A stretch of 64,000 bases of DNA from Vulcanimicrobiota bacterium. GTDB lineage: Bacteria > Vulcanimicrobiota > Vulcanimicrobiia > Vulcanimicrobiales > Vulcanimicrobiaceae. Positions 51,449 to 60,647 of this stretch are shown one piece after another. The notes under the pieces are model-generated. The model saw only the letters and a list, made by a program, of their open reading frames with translations. It was not told the DNA's origin and ran no database searches. A program made the translations under genes and the position numbers. The stretch is from NCBI GenBank assembly GCA_963777315.1, contig CAVZQC010000004.1, positions 736,001 through 800,000 on the forward strand, in the 5' to 3' direction. How positions within the stretch are numbered: the stretch's first letter is position 1; each line of letters starts with the position of its first letter.

Positions 51449-51934
51449 CTACGCGGGCTGCGCTGCGCCTTGCTCCAGCGGGGCCTTGCGCGGAATCGGG
51501 GTGCGCACGGAGTAACCGCAGTTCTCCATCATCACCTGACGAGCGCGCCGGGTCTTCAAATTGACGACCACGGGCGCGAGCAGGTTCATCGTCATGTCTG
51601 CCGCGTCTTTGGTGACCACGACGATGCACAGCAGCGTGAAGTCCTCCGCACTGCGCACATCCAGCGTTTCGGTAGCGTAAGCCGGCATGCGAGGCTCGTA
51701 ATCCGCAAAAAACTGCCACGGATCGGCCGCCGGCAGAGCGACGCCAGGATCGTCGATCGACTGCAGCCACACGAAGCCCGGCTGCTCGTCCAACGACAGC
51801 GCCAGGAAGCGCCGCAGATCCGAAAAGCCGGGGATTCCCCACGGAAACTCGATCTCGTCGGTTTGAGCGAAGGATACTTCCCCAAAGCGCGAGGTCGCGA
51901 TCGTGTTCTGGTGGGGCTCCATCGTGGCTTGCAT
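51449..51934 (-). CDS. fliW: Flagellar assembly factor FliW
   Basis: TSRFGEV, FPWGIPGF, WLQSIDDP, TMNLLAPVVVN. Confidence 0.94.
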   Translation of the reverse strand: MQATMEPHQNTIATSRFGEVSFAQTDEIEFPWGIPGFSDLRRFLALSLDEQPGFVWLQSIDDPGVALPAADPWQFFADYEPRMPAYATETLDVRSAEDFTLLCIVVVTKDAADMTMNLLAPVVVNLKTRRARQVMMENCGYSVRTPIPRKAPLEQGAAQPA

Positions 51935-51952
51935 ACCTCCGGTTTTCCTTTG

Positions 51953-53242
51953 CTACTGCAGATAGTCGAAGAGCGTTTTACTCTCCAACCGCGTTGTGGT
52001 TCCGTACGCGGCCTGCAGCGCGGTCTGCGTCTGCGAGAACTGCGAGATTACCTTTGCAATATCGGCATCTTCAATGTCCGATTGCACCTTGGTGTCGTTA
52101 ACTACCTGTGAACCGGCAGCCGTTCCCAGCGCCGTCAACGTCTGAAGGCTTGCGCCAAGCGTGGCCCGCGCATCGAGCGTGGACTGCGTGGCGTTGTCGA
52201 TATCCGCGAGCTGACGCGAAACATCGGTCTGACGATTCGCCTGCGACTGCAGGCCGAACGCCTCGACGAAATTACCGGGGCTTGGCGCACCCGCACTGGC
52301 GGCGTCCGCAACGTCAAACCCGCCGCTTGCCGAGCTCAGCACCAGTTGCTGCCGGCGGTAATCGAAAGAGGCCGACACGCCGGTCGCGCCGGTCTGGGCG
52401 TTGATCGCGGCCAGCACGCCCGAGATCGTCGCGTTCTGCGCAATCGCAACGGTCACTCCCGACGGCGCTTGGCCCGACGTGATGGTGATGTCGACGTTTC
52501 CGTTGGCATCGGCTGCAAGGGGCGTGGCCAATACGCCGGAGTTAATCGCGGTTGCCGGTGCAAACGCGGTGTTGGTCGCGTTGACGCGGGACGAGCTTTG
52601 AGAGGTAACCGTTGCGCTGGTCAATGAATTGCGCAGCGCGATCAACGTTTGGAAAACGTCGGGCGAGCCGTCGGGAGCACCGTAGTTGAACGCTTGGCCA
52701 AGCGTCACCGACGTGCTGACGGATTCACCGTTGTACATTTGCTCGGTCTGCCCGTTCACATTTCCGCTGAAAGCGACGCCGGATATGGGCTGTCCGGTCG
52801 GCGTGACAGGTGCAGCCGTCGGATTGGCGGTTCCCGCGAAAACGTACTGTCCGGCATATTTCGTGTTGGCAACGCCGATGGCTTGCTGCAGAAGTCCGTC
52901 GACTTGGTTGGCCAACGCCTGCAGCTGCGCGCTGGTTTGCAATCCGCCGGCGGCCTGCACGGCGATGCTGCGGGCGCTTTGCATGATGCCGGTAAGCGAG
53001 GAAAGCGCGCCGTCCACGGTCGTGAGTTGGGCGCTGGCATTTTGAATGTTCGACGATCCCTGATTCTCTTGCGCGATCGACGCGCGTACGGCGAGATCTT
53101 GAGCGATTTCCATGGGATTGTCAGAAGGCACGTTGAGCTGCTTTCCCGACGATGCTTCAGCGCCGTATTGCTGCTGCTGAGCCGACAGCGTGTCGATTTG
53201 GCTGATTTGGTTGTCGTAGACCGTTGAAGTCGCGATCCGCAT
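51953..53242 (-). CDS. flgL: Hook-associated protein 3 FlgL
   Basis: MRIAT, SSGKQLNVPSDNP, ANTKYAGQYVFAG, EDADIAKVI, TLFDYL. Confidence 0.93.
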   Translation of the reverse strand: MRIATSTVYDNQISQIDTLSAQQQQYGAEASSGKQLNVPSDNPMEIAQDLAVRASIAQENQGSSNIQNASAQLTTVDGALSSLTGIMQSARSIAVQAAGGLQTSAQLQALANQVDGLLQQAIGVANTKYAGQYVFAGTANPTAAPVTPTGQPISGVAFSGNVNGQTEQMYNGESVSTSVTLGQAFNYGAPDGSPDVFQTLIALRNSLTSATVTSQSSSRVNATNTAFAPATAINSGVLATPLAADANGNVDITITSGQAPSGVTVAIAQNATISGVLAAINAQTGATGVSASFDYRRQQLVLSSASGGFDVADAASAGAPSPGNFVEAFGLQSQANRQTDVSRQLADIDNATQSTLDARATLGASLQTLTALGTAAGSQVVNDTKVQSDIEDADIAKVISQFSQTQTALQAAYGTTTRLESKTLFDYLQ

Positions 53243-53260
53243 GGCAGACTAGCCTCCTTG

Positions 53261-55414
53261 CTATTGTCCGGCGCCCAAGGTGTTGATGACGGTATTGAGC
53301 AGCGAGTCCAGCACGTTCATCGTACGGGCCGCAGCCTGATAGGCGTTTTGATACTTGATGAGATTCTGAGTTTCTTCGTCGATGTTGATGCCGTCGACGT
53401 TTTGGCGGCTGGTGTCGATATTCTGCGCGAGCGCCGCCTGCGCGGACGCACCGGTCGTCGCGGTCTGCGTGTCCATCGCCATCTGGGAGACGACCTGCCC
53501 GTAGTACGCGCCCAGCGTCTGCGTTTGCGCAGACGCAATCGAGAATCCGGCCGCATGGGCGTTTGCAAACGTAGCAGTAATCGACTCTATTCCGGTGGCC
53601 GGATTGACGCTGATTGCCGAGACGACGACGTTCTCTTGCGGCCCCGCTCCGCCGGCCTGCGCGTCCACGGTCAGCACGTCGCCGGGACGGACGGCGTTCA
53701 CTCCGGCGGGCAGCGCGATGGTGTACGTGCCCGGACCGGCAATGGCGGCGGCACTTGCCGTTTGCAGCGCCGGTACGCCGACGTTGCCTGCGAACATCGT
53801 TGCCAGCGCGTTGGCGGCGCCGATATCGGCGGCTCCAAACGCGTTGGATGCGTTTTGCTGCACGCCTTGAATGCCGCTCGCTCCCAGAGCTCCCAGCAGC
53901 GATGCGCCCGGCGTTGCGGGGTTGTTGCCGTCGGTTATGGTGAAGGTCGGATCGGTCGGCGTGCCGGCCGCCTGCTGCGCAGCGCGATGAACCGCATCGA
54001 TGTTGGAGGGGTCGCGGGCGAACACGATGTGCTGCGATGCGGCGTCGAAGGAGGCCGTTACGCCCAGATGCGCGCCGTTGAAATGCGTGATGAACGCGTC
54101 GATGCTCGAATCGGTGCCCGCTGCGGTCGTATCGTAATTGAACGTCTGCGCGACGCCGTCGACGGTGACGGTCAGCGTTCCGGTGATCCCGCCTGCGGCG
54201 GGCGGGTCCGCCAGAGCGCCGTTGCCGTTCATGGGGGCGGACGTATCGACCACGTTGTTTGCCGAATTGAGCGGCTGGACCAGGGTTCCCGCGGCGGTTG
54301 ACGCGAGCGCGGCGGGAAGCTGTGAGGGGTTGGTGATGCCGACCGTAATGTTCGACGCGGAAATCGGCTGCGAGGCGGCCTGCGGCTGGAAAAGAGCCGC
54401 GCCGGGCACGCCGTTCTGATCGTAGGCCGACTCGGTGACGCGATTGACTTCGTTTGCCGTCGCGGAGGCAAAGTCGTCCAGCTGCTGACCGTAGGCGGTC
54501 AGCTTGGTGTTGTAAAGATCCGCGTACGCAGCCAGCTGCGCGCTTCCCAGCGGAATACCGGGAGCGTTGGGCGAGGCCGGCGGGTTGCTCTGAAAATCGA
54601 TTTTGAAAACCGGAGTTCCGTTGGCTGCGGTTCCGATTGTGGGCGCCGCCAGGTGGTACGCGACCGTATCGTTCACCAACGCTTGGCCGTTGACCGTGAC
54701 CAGCGTCGAACCGTCGGCCTGAATGGACGTCTGCGTCGAGATGTATTGCGAAAGCTGATCGATCAGCGTATCGCGCTGGTCTTTAAAGGTGTTGGGGTTG
54801 TCGCCCACGGCCGTCGAAGCGCGAATTTGGCCGTTGAGAGCGGCAATTTGATCCAGGACGCCGTTGACGGTGGTCACGACTGCGCCCGCTTGCGTCATGA
54901 CTTGGGCCTTCTGGCCGCTGACCGCAGCCGCTGCCGCGTTCAGCGCGGTCGCCAGCGCCTGCGCCGACGACAGCACGTTCGCACGCGAACTGGTGGATCC
55001 GGTACCGGCTTGGCCGATCAGTTGGCCGACCGCAGTTTGAAACGCCGTGAAATACGAGCTGATACCGTTGCTGGGCTCTCCCAGGGACGACTGCAGAGCC
55101 GTCAGCGTCGTCTGCTCGGTGGAGAAATAGTTTTGCGACGACGACGCGCCGCGAAAGAGCGAATCGTATGAATCCTGGTGAATCCGCTGAACGTCCGAAA
55201 CGATCGAACCGTTGCCGAACGTGCCCGCGAAATGCGCCGAAGCGAACGGCGACCCGACCACCGGCTGCATCTGCGTAATGTCCGCGATCTGGCGAGACGC
55301 GCCGGGCGTGTTGACGTTGGCGATATTGTCCGACGTCACGTCGGCGGCTTCTTGGAACGTCTGCAGCGCGTTGCCCATAACTCCCAAGCCGAAGAAACTG
55401 CCTAATCCGCTCAT
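53261..55414 (-). CDS. flgK: Hook-associated protein 1 FlgK
   Basis: SDNIANVNTPGASRQ, DQRDTLIDQLS, GINIDEETQNLIKYQNAYQAAAR. Confidence 0.95.
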   Translation of the reverse strand: MSGLGSFFGLGVMGNALQTFQEAADVTSDNIANVNTPGASRQIADITQMQPVVGSPFASAHFAGTFGNGSIVSDVQRIHQDSYDSLFRGASSSQNYFSTEQTTLTALQSSLGEPSNGISSYFTAFQTAVGQLIGQAGTGSTSSRANVLSSAQALATALNAAAAAVSGQKAQVMTQAGAVVTTVNGVLDQIAALNGQIRASTAVGDNPNTFKDQRDTLIDQLSQYISTQTSIQADGSTLVTVNGQALVNDTVAYHLAAPTIGTAANGTPVFKIDFQSNPPASPNAPGIPLGSAQLAAYADLYNTKLTAYGQQLDDFASATANEVNRVTESAYDQNGVPGAALFQPQAASQPISASNITVGITNPSQLPAALASTAAGTLVQPLNSANNVVDTSAPMNGNGALADPPAAGGITGTLTVTVDGVAQTFNYDTTAAGTDSSIDAFITHFNGAHLGVTASFDAASQHIVFARDPSNIDAVHRAAQQAAGTPTDPTFTITDGNNPATPGASLLGALGASGIQGVQQNASNAFGAADIGAANALATMFAGNVGVPALQTASAAAIAGPGTYTIALPAGVNAVRPGDVLTVDAQAGGAGPQENVVVSAISVNPATGIESITATFANAHAAGFSIASAQTQTLGAYYGQVVSQMAMDTQTATTGASAQAALAQNIDTSRQNVDGINIDEETQNLIKYQNAYQAAARTMNVLDSLLNTVINTLGAGQ

Positions 55415-55890
55415 ACTTTGCTACTCACTATGACGCTGGTGCCCGCAGGGGCGACGTAACCCCGGCGTTTGTAGATGCCGGTGCGTTCGGTCATCGATTC
55501 CTGTACTTTGGACGTTATCTTGACCAGGCGCTCGAGCCCGGCCACGATCAGCGACTTGTTGTTCGCAATCGTAATGCCCAGCGAGATCGATCCGTATCGC
55601 AGCTCGGCCAAGCGCTGGTTCAGATCCGCGCGCAGATGAAAGGGCGCGTACGCGCAGACTTGCCTGAGCGTGAGGGAACCGAACCCGCGCACCTGCATGC
55701 CGCGACGTTTTGCGCTGCCCGCGTGATGCGCCGCGCGCGCGGCGTTGAGCCGGCCGTCCGCCTCCGAAATGGACTCCGGCGGGCCCAGCACCAGTACGCG
55801 CGTAAGGTGCAGCGCTGCCGAATTGAGCTGCGCGAGCGCCTCGGACTCCTCTTTGAGCGCGGCGGCAAAAGTCTCCCATGAATCGCTCAT
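55411..55890 (-). CDS. flgN: Putative flagellar export chaperone FlgN
   Basis: ATG overlaps the flgJ stop; lies between flgJ and flgK; helical, with ANNKSLI and a late Tyr. Confidence 0.65.
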   Translation of the reverse strand: MSDSWETFAAALKEESEALAQLNSAALHLTRVLVLGPPESISEADGRLNAARAAHHAGSAKRRGMQVRGFGSLTLRQVCAYAPFHLRADLNQRLAELRYGSISLGITIANNKSLIVAGLERLVKITSKVQESMTERTGIYKRRGYVAPAGTSVIVSSKV

Positions 55891-56267
55891 GGCTGCAGCT
55901 CCGAGGGAATCTGCGTCTTCGATTCGCGCGAGGCATCCGAAAGAACGCTGCTGCGCAATTGCTCTTCCAGTACGCGCGCGATGCCGAAGTTGCCGCTCTG
56001 CGCAACCGATTGCGAGCGCTGCTCGTCGAGCATGGTCTGAAAAGTCTGTTCGGCATTCGATTCCTGGCCGAAGATCGATTCTTTGGGCACCGTATCGCGC
56101 ATTGCGGTAAACAGCATGTCCAGAAAGACGCCTTCGAGCTGCGTGGCCGCCGTATGCAAACGCGACAGCGCGGCCTTCTGCTGGGGCGTGTACTGGGGCC
56201 CTTGCGTTTGCATTTGCTTCGGATCGAGGGCCGAAGGCTGGAGGCCAACCGCATTCGCCGGTTTCAT
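55887..56267 (-). CDS. flgJ: Rod-binding protein, single-domain FlgJ
   Basis: LHTAATQLEGVFLDMLFTAMRDTVP, FQTMLDEQ, FGIARVLEEQL; no muramidase domain. Confidence 0.88.
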   Translation of the reverse strand: MKPANAVGLQPSALDPKQMQTQGPQYTPQQKAALSRLHTAATQLEGVFLDMLFTAMRDTVPKESIFGQESNAEQTFQTMLDEQRSQSVAQSGNFGIARVLEEQLRSSVLSDASRESKTQIPSELQP

Positions 56268-56444
56268 ACCGAACCTCCAGATTGCATCCGTTCAAGGTCG
56301 AGGGTCGAAGGCCGGAGGCCCCACGCGCAGCCCGGATACGCCTGTGTCAACGAATCTCCAGATTGCATCTGCTTACGAACGAGGGCCGAAGGCCGGGGGC
56401 CCCACGCGCAGCCCGGATACGCCTGTTTCACTGAATCTCCAGAT
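56208..56444. repeat. Imperfect tandem repeat, 81-bp unit, two copies plus a diverged third copy forming the flgJ 5' end
   Basis: GGCCCCACGCGCAGCCCGGATACGCCTGT occurs twice 81 bp apart; CTCCAGAT occurs three times. Confidence 0.9.
56264..56431 (-). CDS. 55-aa ORF made of two 27-aa repeats resembling the FlgJ N-terminus
   Basis: MKQAYPGCAWGPRPSALVRKQMQSGDSLTQAYPGCAWGLRPSTLDLERMQSGGSV*; GTGA overlap with the flgI stop and ATGA overlap with the flgJ start. Confidence 0.4.
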   Translation of the reverse strand: MKQAYPGCAWGPRPSALVRKQMQSGDSLTQAYPGCAWGLRPSTLDLERMQSGGSV

Positions 56445-57552
56445 CGGCTTGCAGCGCGCCCGCTTCACGCAGCGCTTGGACGATTGCGATCAGGTCGCGA
56501 GGCGTCACGCCCATCGTGTTCAGGGCGCGCACGACGCTCTGCAGCGTCGCGGCTCCGGCTACGAAAGTCAGCTGCCGTTTTTGCTCGGTCGCGGTGACGC
56601 GAGTGTTGGTCTGAAGCCCGCCGCCGGTCCGGCTGAAGGAAGACGGCACGAACTTCTGCTCGGTGCTGATCGTAATCGACAAATTGCCGTGGGCAATCGC
56701 GCACGGCGCCAGTTTGATGTCGCCCCCGAAAACGATCGTTCCGGTGCGTTCGTTCATCACGACCTTGGCGAGCTGGTCCTGCGCGAGCGAAACGTCGCTT
56801 GCGTCGGCGAGAAACTGAACGGGATTGTTGCGGTAAGCGCCCGGCAGGCTCACGTGTATCGTCTCGGCATCCAGAGCGCCGGCCGTACCGCCGCCGAAGT
56901 GCCGGTTGAGGGCCGTGGCCAAATTCGCCGCCGTCTTGAAATCGGGCGTCGTGAGAACGTAGTTGAAACCGTTGCCGCTTTGAATCGGCGTAAGCATGTC
57001 GCGTGCGATCACCGCGCCGTTGGGAATGCGTCCGGCTGTCGGATGGTTCTTGGTGAAACTGGACGAGTCGAAGCCCGCCGTGAAGCCGCCGATCGAAAGC
57101 GGGCCTTGCGCGGTCGCGTAAACCAAGTTGTTGGCGGCTTTGAGCTCGGTGAGAATGAGCGTCCCGCCCTGCAGGCTGCTCGAATCGCCCATTGCCGACA
57201 CGGTAACGTCGACGTTGTCGCCGGAGTGCGCGAACGGCGGCAGCGTAGCGGTGACCATGACGGCGGCCACGTCGCGCGTACGCACTTCGTTGCTCGTGGT
57301 CGAGATGCCGAACGACTGCAGAACGTTTTGAATCGATTGACTGGTGAAGATCACCGACGTCGAGTCGCCGGTGCCGTTCAAGCCGGTCACCAGGCCGTAG
57401 CCCACCAGTTGATTGCCGGTGACGCCCTGCACGTGCGCAACGTCCTTCACGTAGACCTGGGTCGAAGCTGCGGCCGGCAGCACGGAGCCGGCGGCGCAAA
57501 GGGCCGCGCACAGGGCGAAGGTTAACCAACGGTATACAATTGCGGTCATCAT
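56428..57552 (-). CDS. flgI: Flagellar P-ring protein
   Basis: NQLVGYGLVTGLNGTGD, VAAVMVTATLPPF, SSLQGGTL, NERTGTIV, AGALQADLEI. Confidence 0.97.
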   Translation of the reverse strand: MMTAIVYRWLTFALCAALCAAGSVLPAAASTQVYVKDVAHVQGVTGNQLVGYGLVTGLNGTGDSTSVIFTSQSIQNVLQSFGISTTSNEVRTRDVAAVMVTATLPPFAHSGDNVDVTVSAMGDSSSLQGGTLILTELKAANNLVYATAQGPLSIGGFTAGFDSSSFTKNHPTAGRIPNGAVIARDMLTPIQSGNGFNYVLTTPDFKTAANLATALNRHFGGGTAGALDAETIHVSLPGAYRNNPVQFLADASDVSLAQDQLAKVVMNERTGTIVFGGDIKLAPCAIAHGNLSITISTEQKFVPSSFSRTGGGLQTNTRVTATEQKRQLTFVAGAATLQSVVRALNTMGVTPRDLIAIVQALREAGALQADLEIQ

Positions 57553-58154
57553 CAAAACAGCCAATTTAGTATTCGGCGGATCAGCCCCACATTTTTCTGT
57601 TGGAAGTTGCCGCTGAACGATCCCTGAACGTCCGCCATGCGCGAGCCCAGCACCGTGTCGCTGCTGTCGACGTCCTCGGGGCGGACCACACCCGTGACGT
57701 GCAGAGTCTGATCTTGTCCGTTCACGATCATGCGCTGGTCGCCGGCGACCTCAAGGGCTCCGCTGGGCAGAATTCCGACGACGGTAGCTTCCATATCGCT
57801 CGTAAACGTCGTTTGGCCGTTTTCGGTCTTGGAGTTTTGCGAGCCGGTTTGGCCGCCGATCGACGTCGGCAAACGGATGAACCCCAATATCGAGGGACCC
57901 GAACCGGAAGTTCCGGTCGAAGAGCCGACGTTGAACTGTTTGGTGTTGCTCGAAACGTCGCTGCTGAAGCTTTGCACGCTGAAGTTGAACTGCACGTGAA
58001 GCAGATCGCCTACTTGGGATGCGCGGTGGTCGGGTCCCAGCCGCAATGGATGTCCCGGCGCCGCGGCGGGCGGAGGAGCGGTGTAGAGGGTGTCCGCCTG
58101 TGCGGCGCACGGCAGCAGCAAGGCTAGCGCGGTTACAATGGCCGGCGTTTTCAC
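57552..58154 (-). CDS. flgH: Flagellar L-ring protein
   Basis: DHRASQVGDLL, ATVVGILPSGALEVAG, TGVVRPEDV, LGSRMAD, LNWLF. Confidence 0.92.
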   Translation of the reverse strand: MKTPAIVTALALLLPCAAQADTLYTAPPPAAAPGHPLRLGPDHRASQVGDLLHVQFNFSVQSFSSDVSSNTKQFNVGSSTGTSGSGPSILGFIRLPTSIGGQTGSQNSKTENGQTTFTSDMEATVVGILPSGALEVAGDQRMIVNGQDQTLHVTGVVRPEDVDSSDTVLGSRMADVQGSFSGNFQQKNVGLIRRILNWLF

Positions 58155-58882
58155 GAACCATCACCTCCGGAAATATCCAGCTCGACGGTCGCCGGAGCCG
58201 TTACGGTGCCCGAGAGCGCTTTGTGCGTGGCGGGATTGAACACGAGTACCTGATCGCCTAAACCGCCGCCGGTGCGCGCGAGCACGTCGGCCGCAACGGT
58301 CACGCCGCTGTCGCGAACGATGAGCATCACCGTCGAACCGGCTTTGACGATCTGATTGACGGCAGTTGCGTCGATGCTCACCGGCTGGCTCTGCAGCACT
58401 GAGCTCAAGGTGCGCCGCCCGAGCAGCACGTCGATGCCGTTTGCCGCACGTCCGGCATACGGGACGCGCGCAAGCCGTAAATCGCCCTGCGCGAGCACCG
58501 TGCCCGGAGCGATATCGCGCGCAGCCACAGCGGTCTGCACGTACTGCTGCACGCGGTAGGCGACCAGCACGGTGCGATCGATGCGCCCGTTCACTGCGAT
58601 TTGCACCGGCACGTCCAAGAACGCACTCCCGCCCAACGGCGACTGCACGCGCAATGCCACGTGCCCTGCGCCCACGACTTGGTCTGCGACCACGCAAGCC
58701 GGAACCAGGTCGCGATCGTCCTGATGCGGCAATGCCGCGGCCGCGCGCGCTGCAAGGGCGGCGATGCGCCGGCCGCTCACGATTTGCGTGGCGACTTCGT
58801 AACTGCCCGAAATGGTGCCCGCGTATGCCGGCACGGCGGCAAACCCGAAGAGCGCCGCCGCGCACAACGCTAACCCTCGCAT
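58151..58882 (-). CDS. flgA: P-ring formation chaperone FlgA (in frame with flgG as sequenced)
   Basis: Own signal peptide MRGLALCAAALFGFAAVPAYA; AVAARDIAPG SAF domain; GGLGDQVLVFNPATHK. Confidence 0.85.
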   Translation of the reverse strand: MRGLALCAAALFGFAAVPAYAGTISGSYEVATQIVSGRRIAALAARAAAALPHQDDRDLVPACVVADQVVGAGHVALRVQSPLGGSAFLDVPVQIAVNGRIDRTVLVAYRVQQYVQTAVAARDIAPGTVLAQGDLRLARVPYAGRAANGIDVLLGRRTLSSVLQSQPVSIDATAVNQIVKAGSTVMLIVRDSGVTVAADVLARTGGGLGDQVLVFNPATHKALSGTVTAPATVELDISGGDGS

Positions 58883-59674
58883 TAGCTTTTGCTTCATCTG
58901 CACCGCGGTTTGCAGCATCTGATCGGCGCTGCTGATCGCTTTGGAATTCGCCTCGAACGCCCGCTGCGCGACGATCATGTTGACGATTTCCTGCACGACC
59001 TGAACGTTGGAGTTCTCCAAATACCCGCTCTGAATCGTACCGGCGCCGTTCAGGCCGGCAGCCGAAACGACCGGCGCGCCGGATGCGGCGGTCTGCGTGT
59101 AGAGATTCTGGCCGCCGACCGGCGACAAGCCTGCCGCGTTGACGAAGCGCGCGATCTGCACTTGTCCCAGTTGCTGGGGCTGCGTCGAGCCGGGGACGAG
59201 CGCCGTAACGGTGCCGTCGGATCCGATGGCAACCGACTGCGCGTTCTGCGGAATGGTGATTTGCGGCTGCAGAAAATACCCGTCGGCCGTGACCAGGGCG
59301 CCGTTGGCGTCCTGCTTGAACGAGCCGTCGCGCGTGTACGCCGTCGTGCCGTCCGGCATCGTGACTTGGAAAAACCCGTCGCCTTGAATCGCCATGTCGA
59401 GCGAGTTGCCGGTCTGCATCAGGTTGCCTTGAGTGAAGATCTTTTCCGACGAACCGACTTTGACGCCCAAACCGACTTCCTGTCCGACCGGAACCACGCT
59501 GGCTCCTACCGGCGAACCGGGCGCGCGCATTTCCTGATACACCAGATCCTGGAACCGCGCTTCGTTCCGGCGAAAGCCGGTCGTGTTCACGTTCGCCAAG
59601 TTGTTGGAAACGGTGTCCATGTTGAACTGCTGGGCTTCCATACCGCTGGCGGCGGTGAAGAGTGCTCGCATCAT
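58882..59674 (-). CDS. flgG: Distal rod protein FlgG (stop apparently lost by +1 base in the T4 run at 58887-58890)
   Basis: MMRALFTAASGM, NNLANVNTTGF, FQDLVYQ, YTRDGSF, LENSNV, AQRAFEANSK. Confidence 0.94.
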
Positions 59675-59692
59675 GTGTGTTACCGGGCTCCT

Positions 59693-60475
59693 TTATTGTG
59701 CCGACGTCCGCCCGACGTTCGCGATCGCGAAGCCGTTGGCGGTGTCTTGCGTTTGAATGGATTTTTGATTGGCTTCGAACCAGCGCTGCGCGGTGATCAG
59801 ATCGACCATCGAGCGGACGACGTTGGCGTTGCTGCGCTCGAGATATCCTTGGTTGACCGTCGATTGCGTATCGAGTGCCGGACGCGCGGCGCCCGTGTCG
59901 GCAAAGCGGTTGTCCCCCTCGGGCCGAACCGCGCGCAGATTGCCGAATCGTACGATTCGCAGCGAATCGACGATTTGACCGTTCTGGTGCACGTCGCCGT
60001 TTTGCGCGATCGTCACCTTCCCCGCGCCGAGCTGGATGCTGCCGTCACGGCCCAGCACGCGATCGCCGCCCATCGTCACGAGGTAGCCCTGCGCGTCGCG
60101 CGCAAACTGTCCGTCGCGCGTGTAACGGATGCCCTGGGGGGTCTGCAGCGTGAAGAATCCGTCGCCCATGACGGCCGCGTCCAGATCATTGCCGGTGTTT
60201 TGCAGCGCGCCTTGCTCGAAAACCGCGGGCGTGTCCATGACCTGCGCACCGGTGCCCAGTGCTCCGACGAACGAACGTCCGGGCGCACCTTGTCCGGGCG
60301 CGCTGCCGGGCTGGTTTTGGACCAGGTACACGCCCAATTCGGGAGCGGATTGCACCTGCAGCAAGGTTCGCTTGAAACCGCTGGTGTTCACGTTGGCCAA
60401 ATTGTTGGCGATCGCGTCCGCCTGCGACTGTGCTACCAGCGCTCCCGAGGCGGAAGTATAAAGCCCGCGTACCAA
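59693..60475 (-). CDS. flgF: Proximal rod protein FlgF
   Basis: RGLYTSASG, ANNLANVNTSGFK, YTRDGQF, LERSNANVVRSMVDLI. Confidence 0.88.
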   Translation of the reverse strand: MVRGLYTSASGALVAQSQADAIANNLANVNTSGFKRTLLQVQSAPELGVYLVQNQPGSAPGQGAPGRSFVGALGTGAQVMDTPAVFEQGALQNTGNDLDAAVMGDGFFTLQTPQGIRYTRDGQFARDAQGYLVTMGGDRVLGRDGSIQLGAGKVTIAQNGDVHQNGQIVDSLRIVRFGNLRAVRPEGDNRFADTGAARPALDTQSTVNQGYLERSNANVVRSMVDLITAQRWFEANQKSIQTQDTANGFAIANVGRTSAQ

Positions 60476-60603
60476 AAGTCAACCCTCCGCACGGCCGTGT
60501 AGTACTCGGCAGAACGCCTCGTACGCGCGGAGCCGTCAATCGATCTTGCTCCGCCGCGGCTTCCACCCCGTGCGAAGGGCAGTCCGGCCGCGTTCATTTC
60601 AAT

Positions 60604-60631
60604 CTATCGGTAAGGCTGCTTGCGGAATTTA
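60604..60631 (-). promoter_or_regulatory. sigma28-type promoter upstream of flgF (TAAA-N16-ACCGATAG)
   Basis: -35 at 60631-60628, -10 at 60611-60604. Confidence 0.65.
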
Positions 60632-60647
60632 GAGCGCTATGGAATCT

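Noticed and set aside
56264..56444. Possible mini CRISPR array
   Set aside because: The whole 81-bp unit is repeated with no unique spacers, it derives from flgI/flgJ sequence, and no cas genes are present.
60476..60600. c-di-GMP riboswitch upstream of flgF
   Set aside because: No GEMM-type GCAAA/GNRA/receptor pattern or class II kink-turn motif recognisable; kept only as a generic structured leader.
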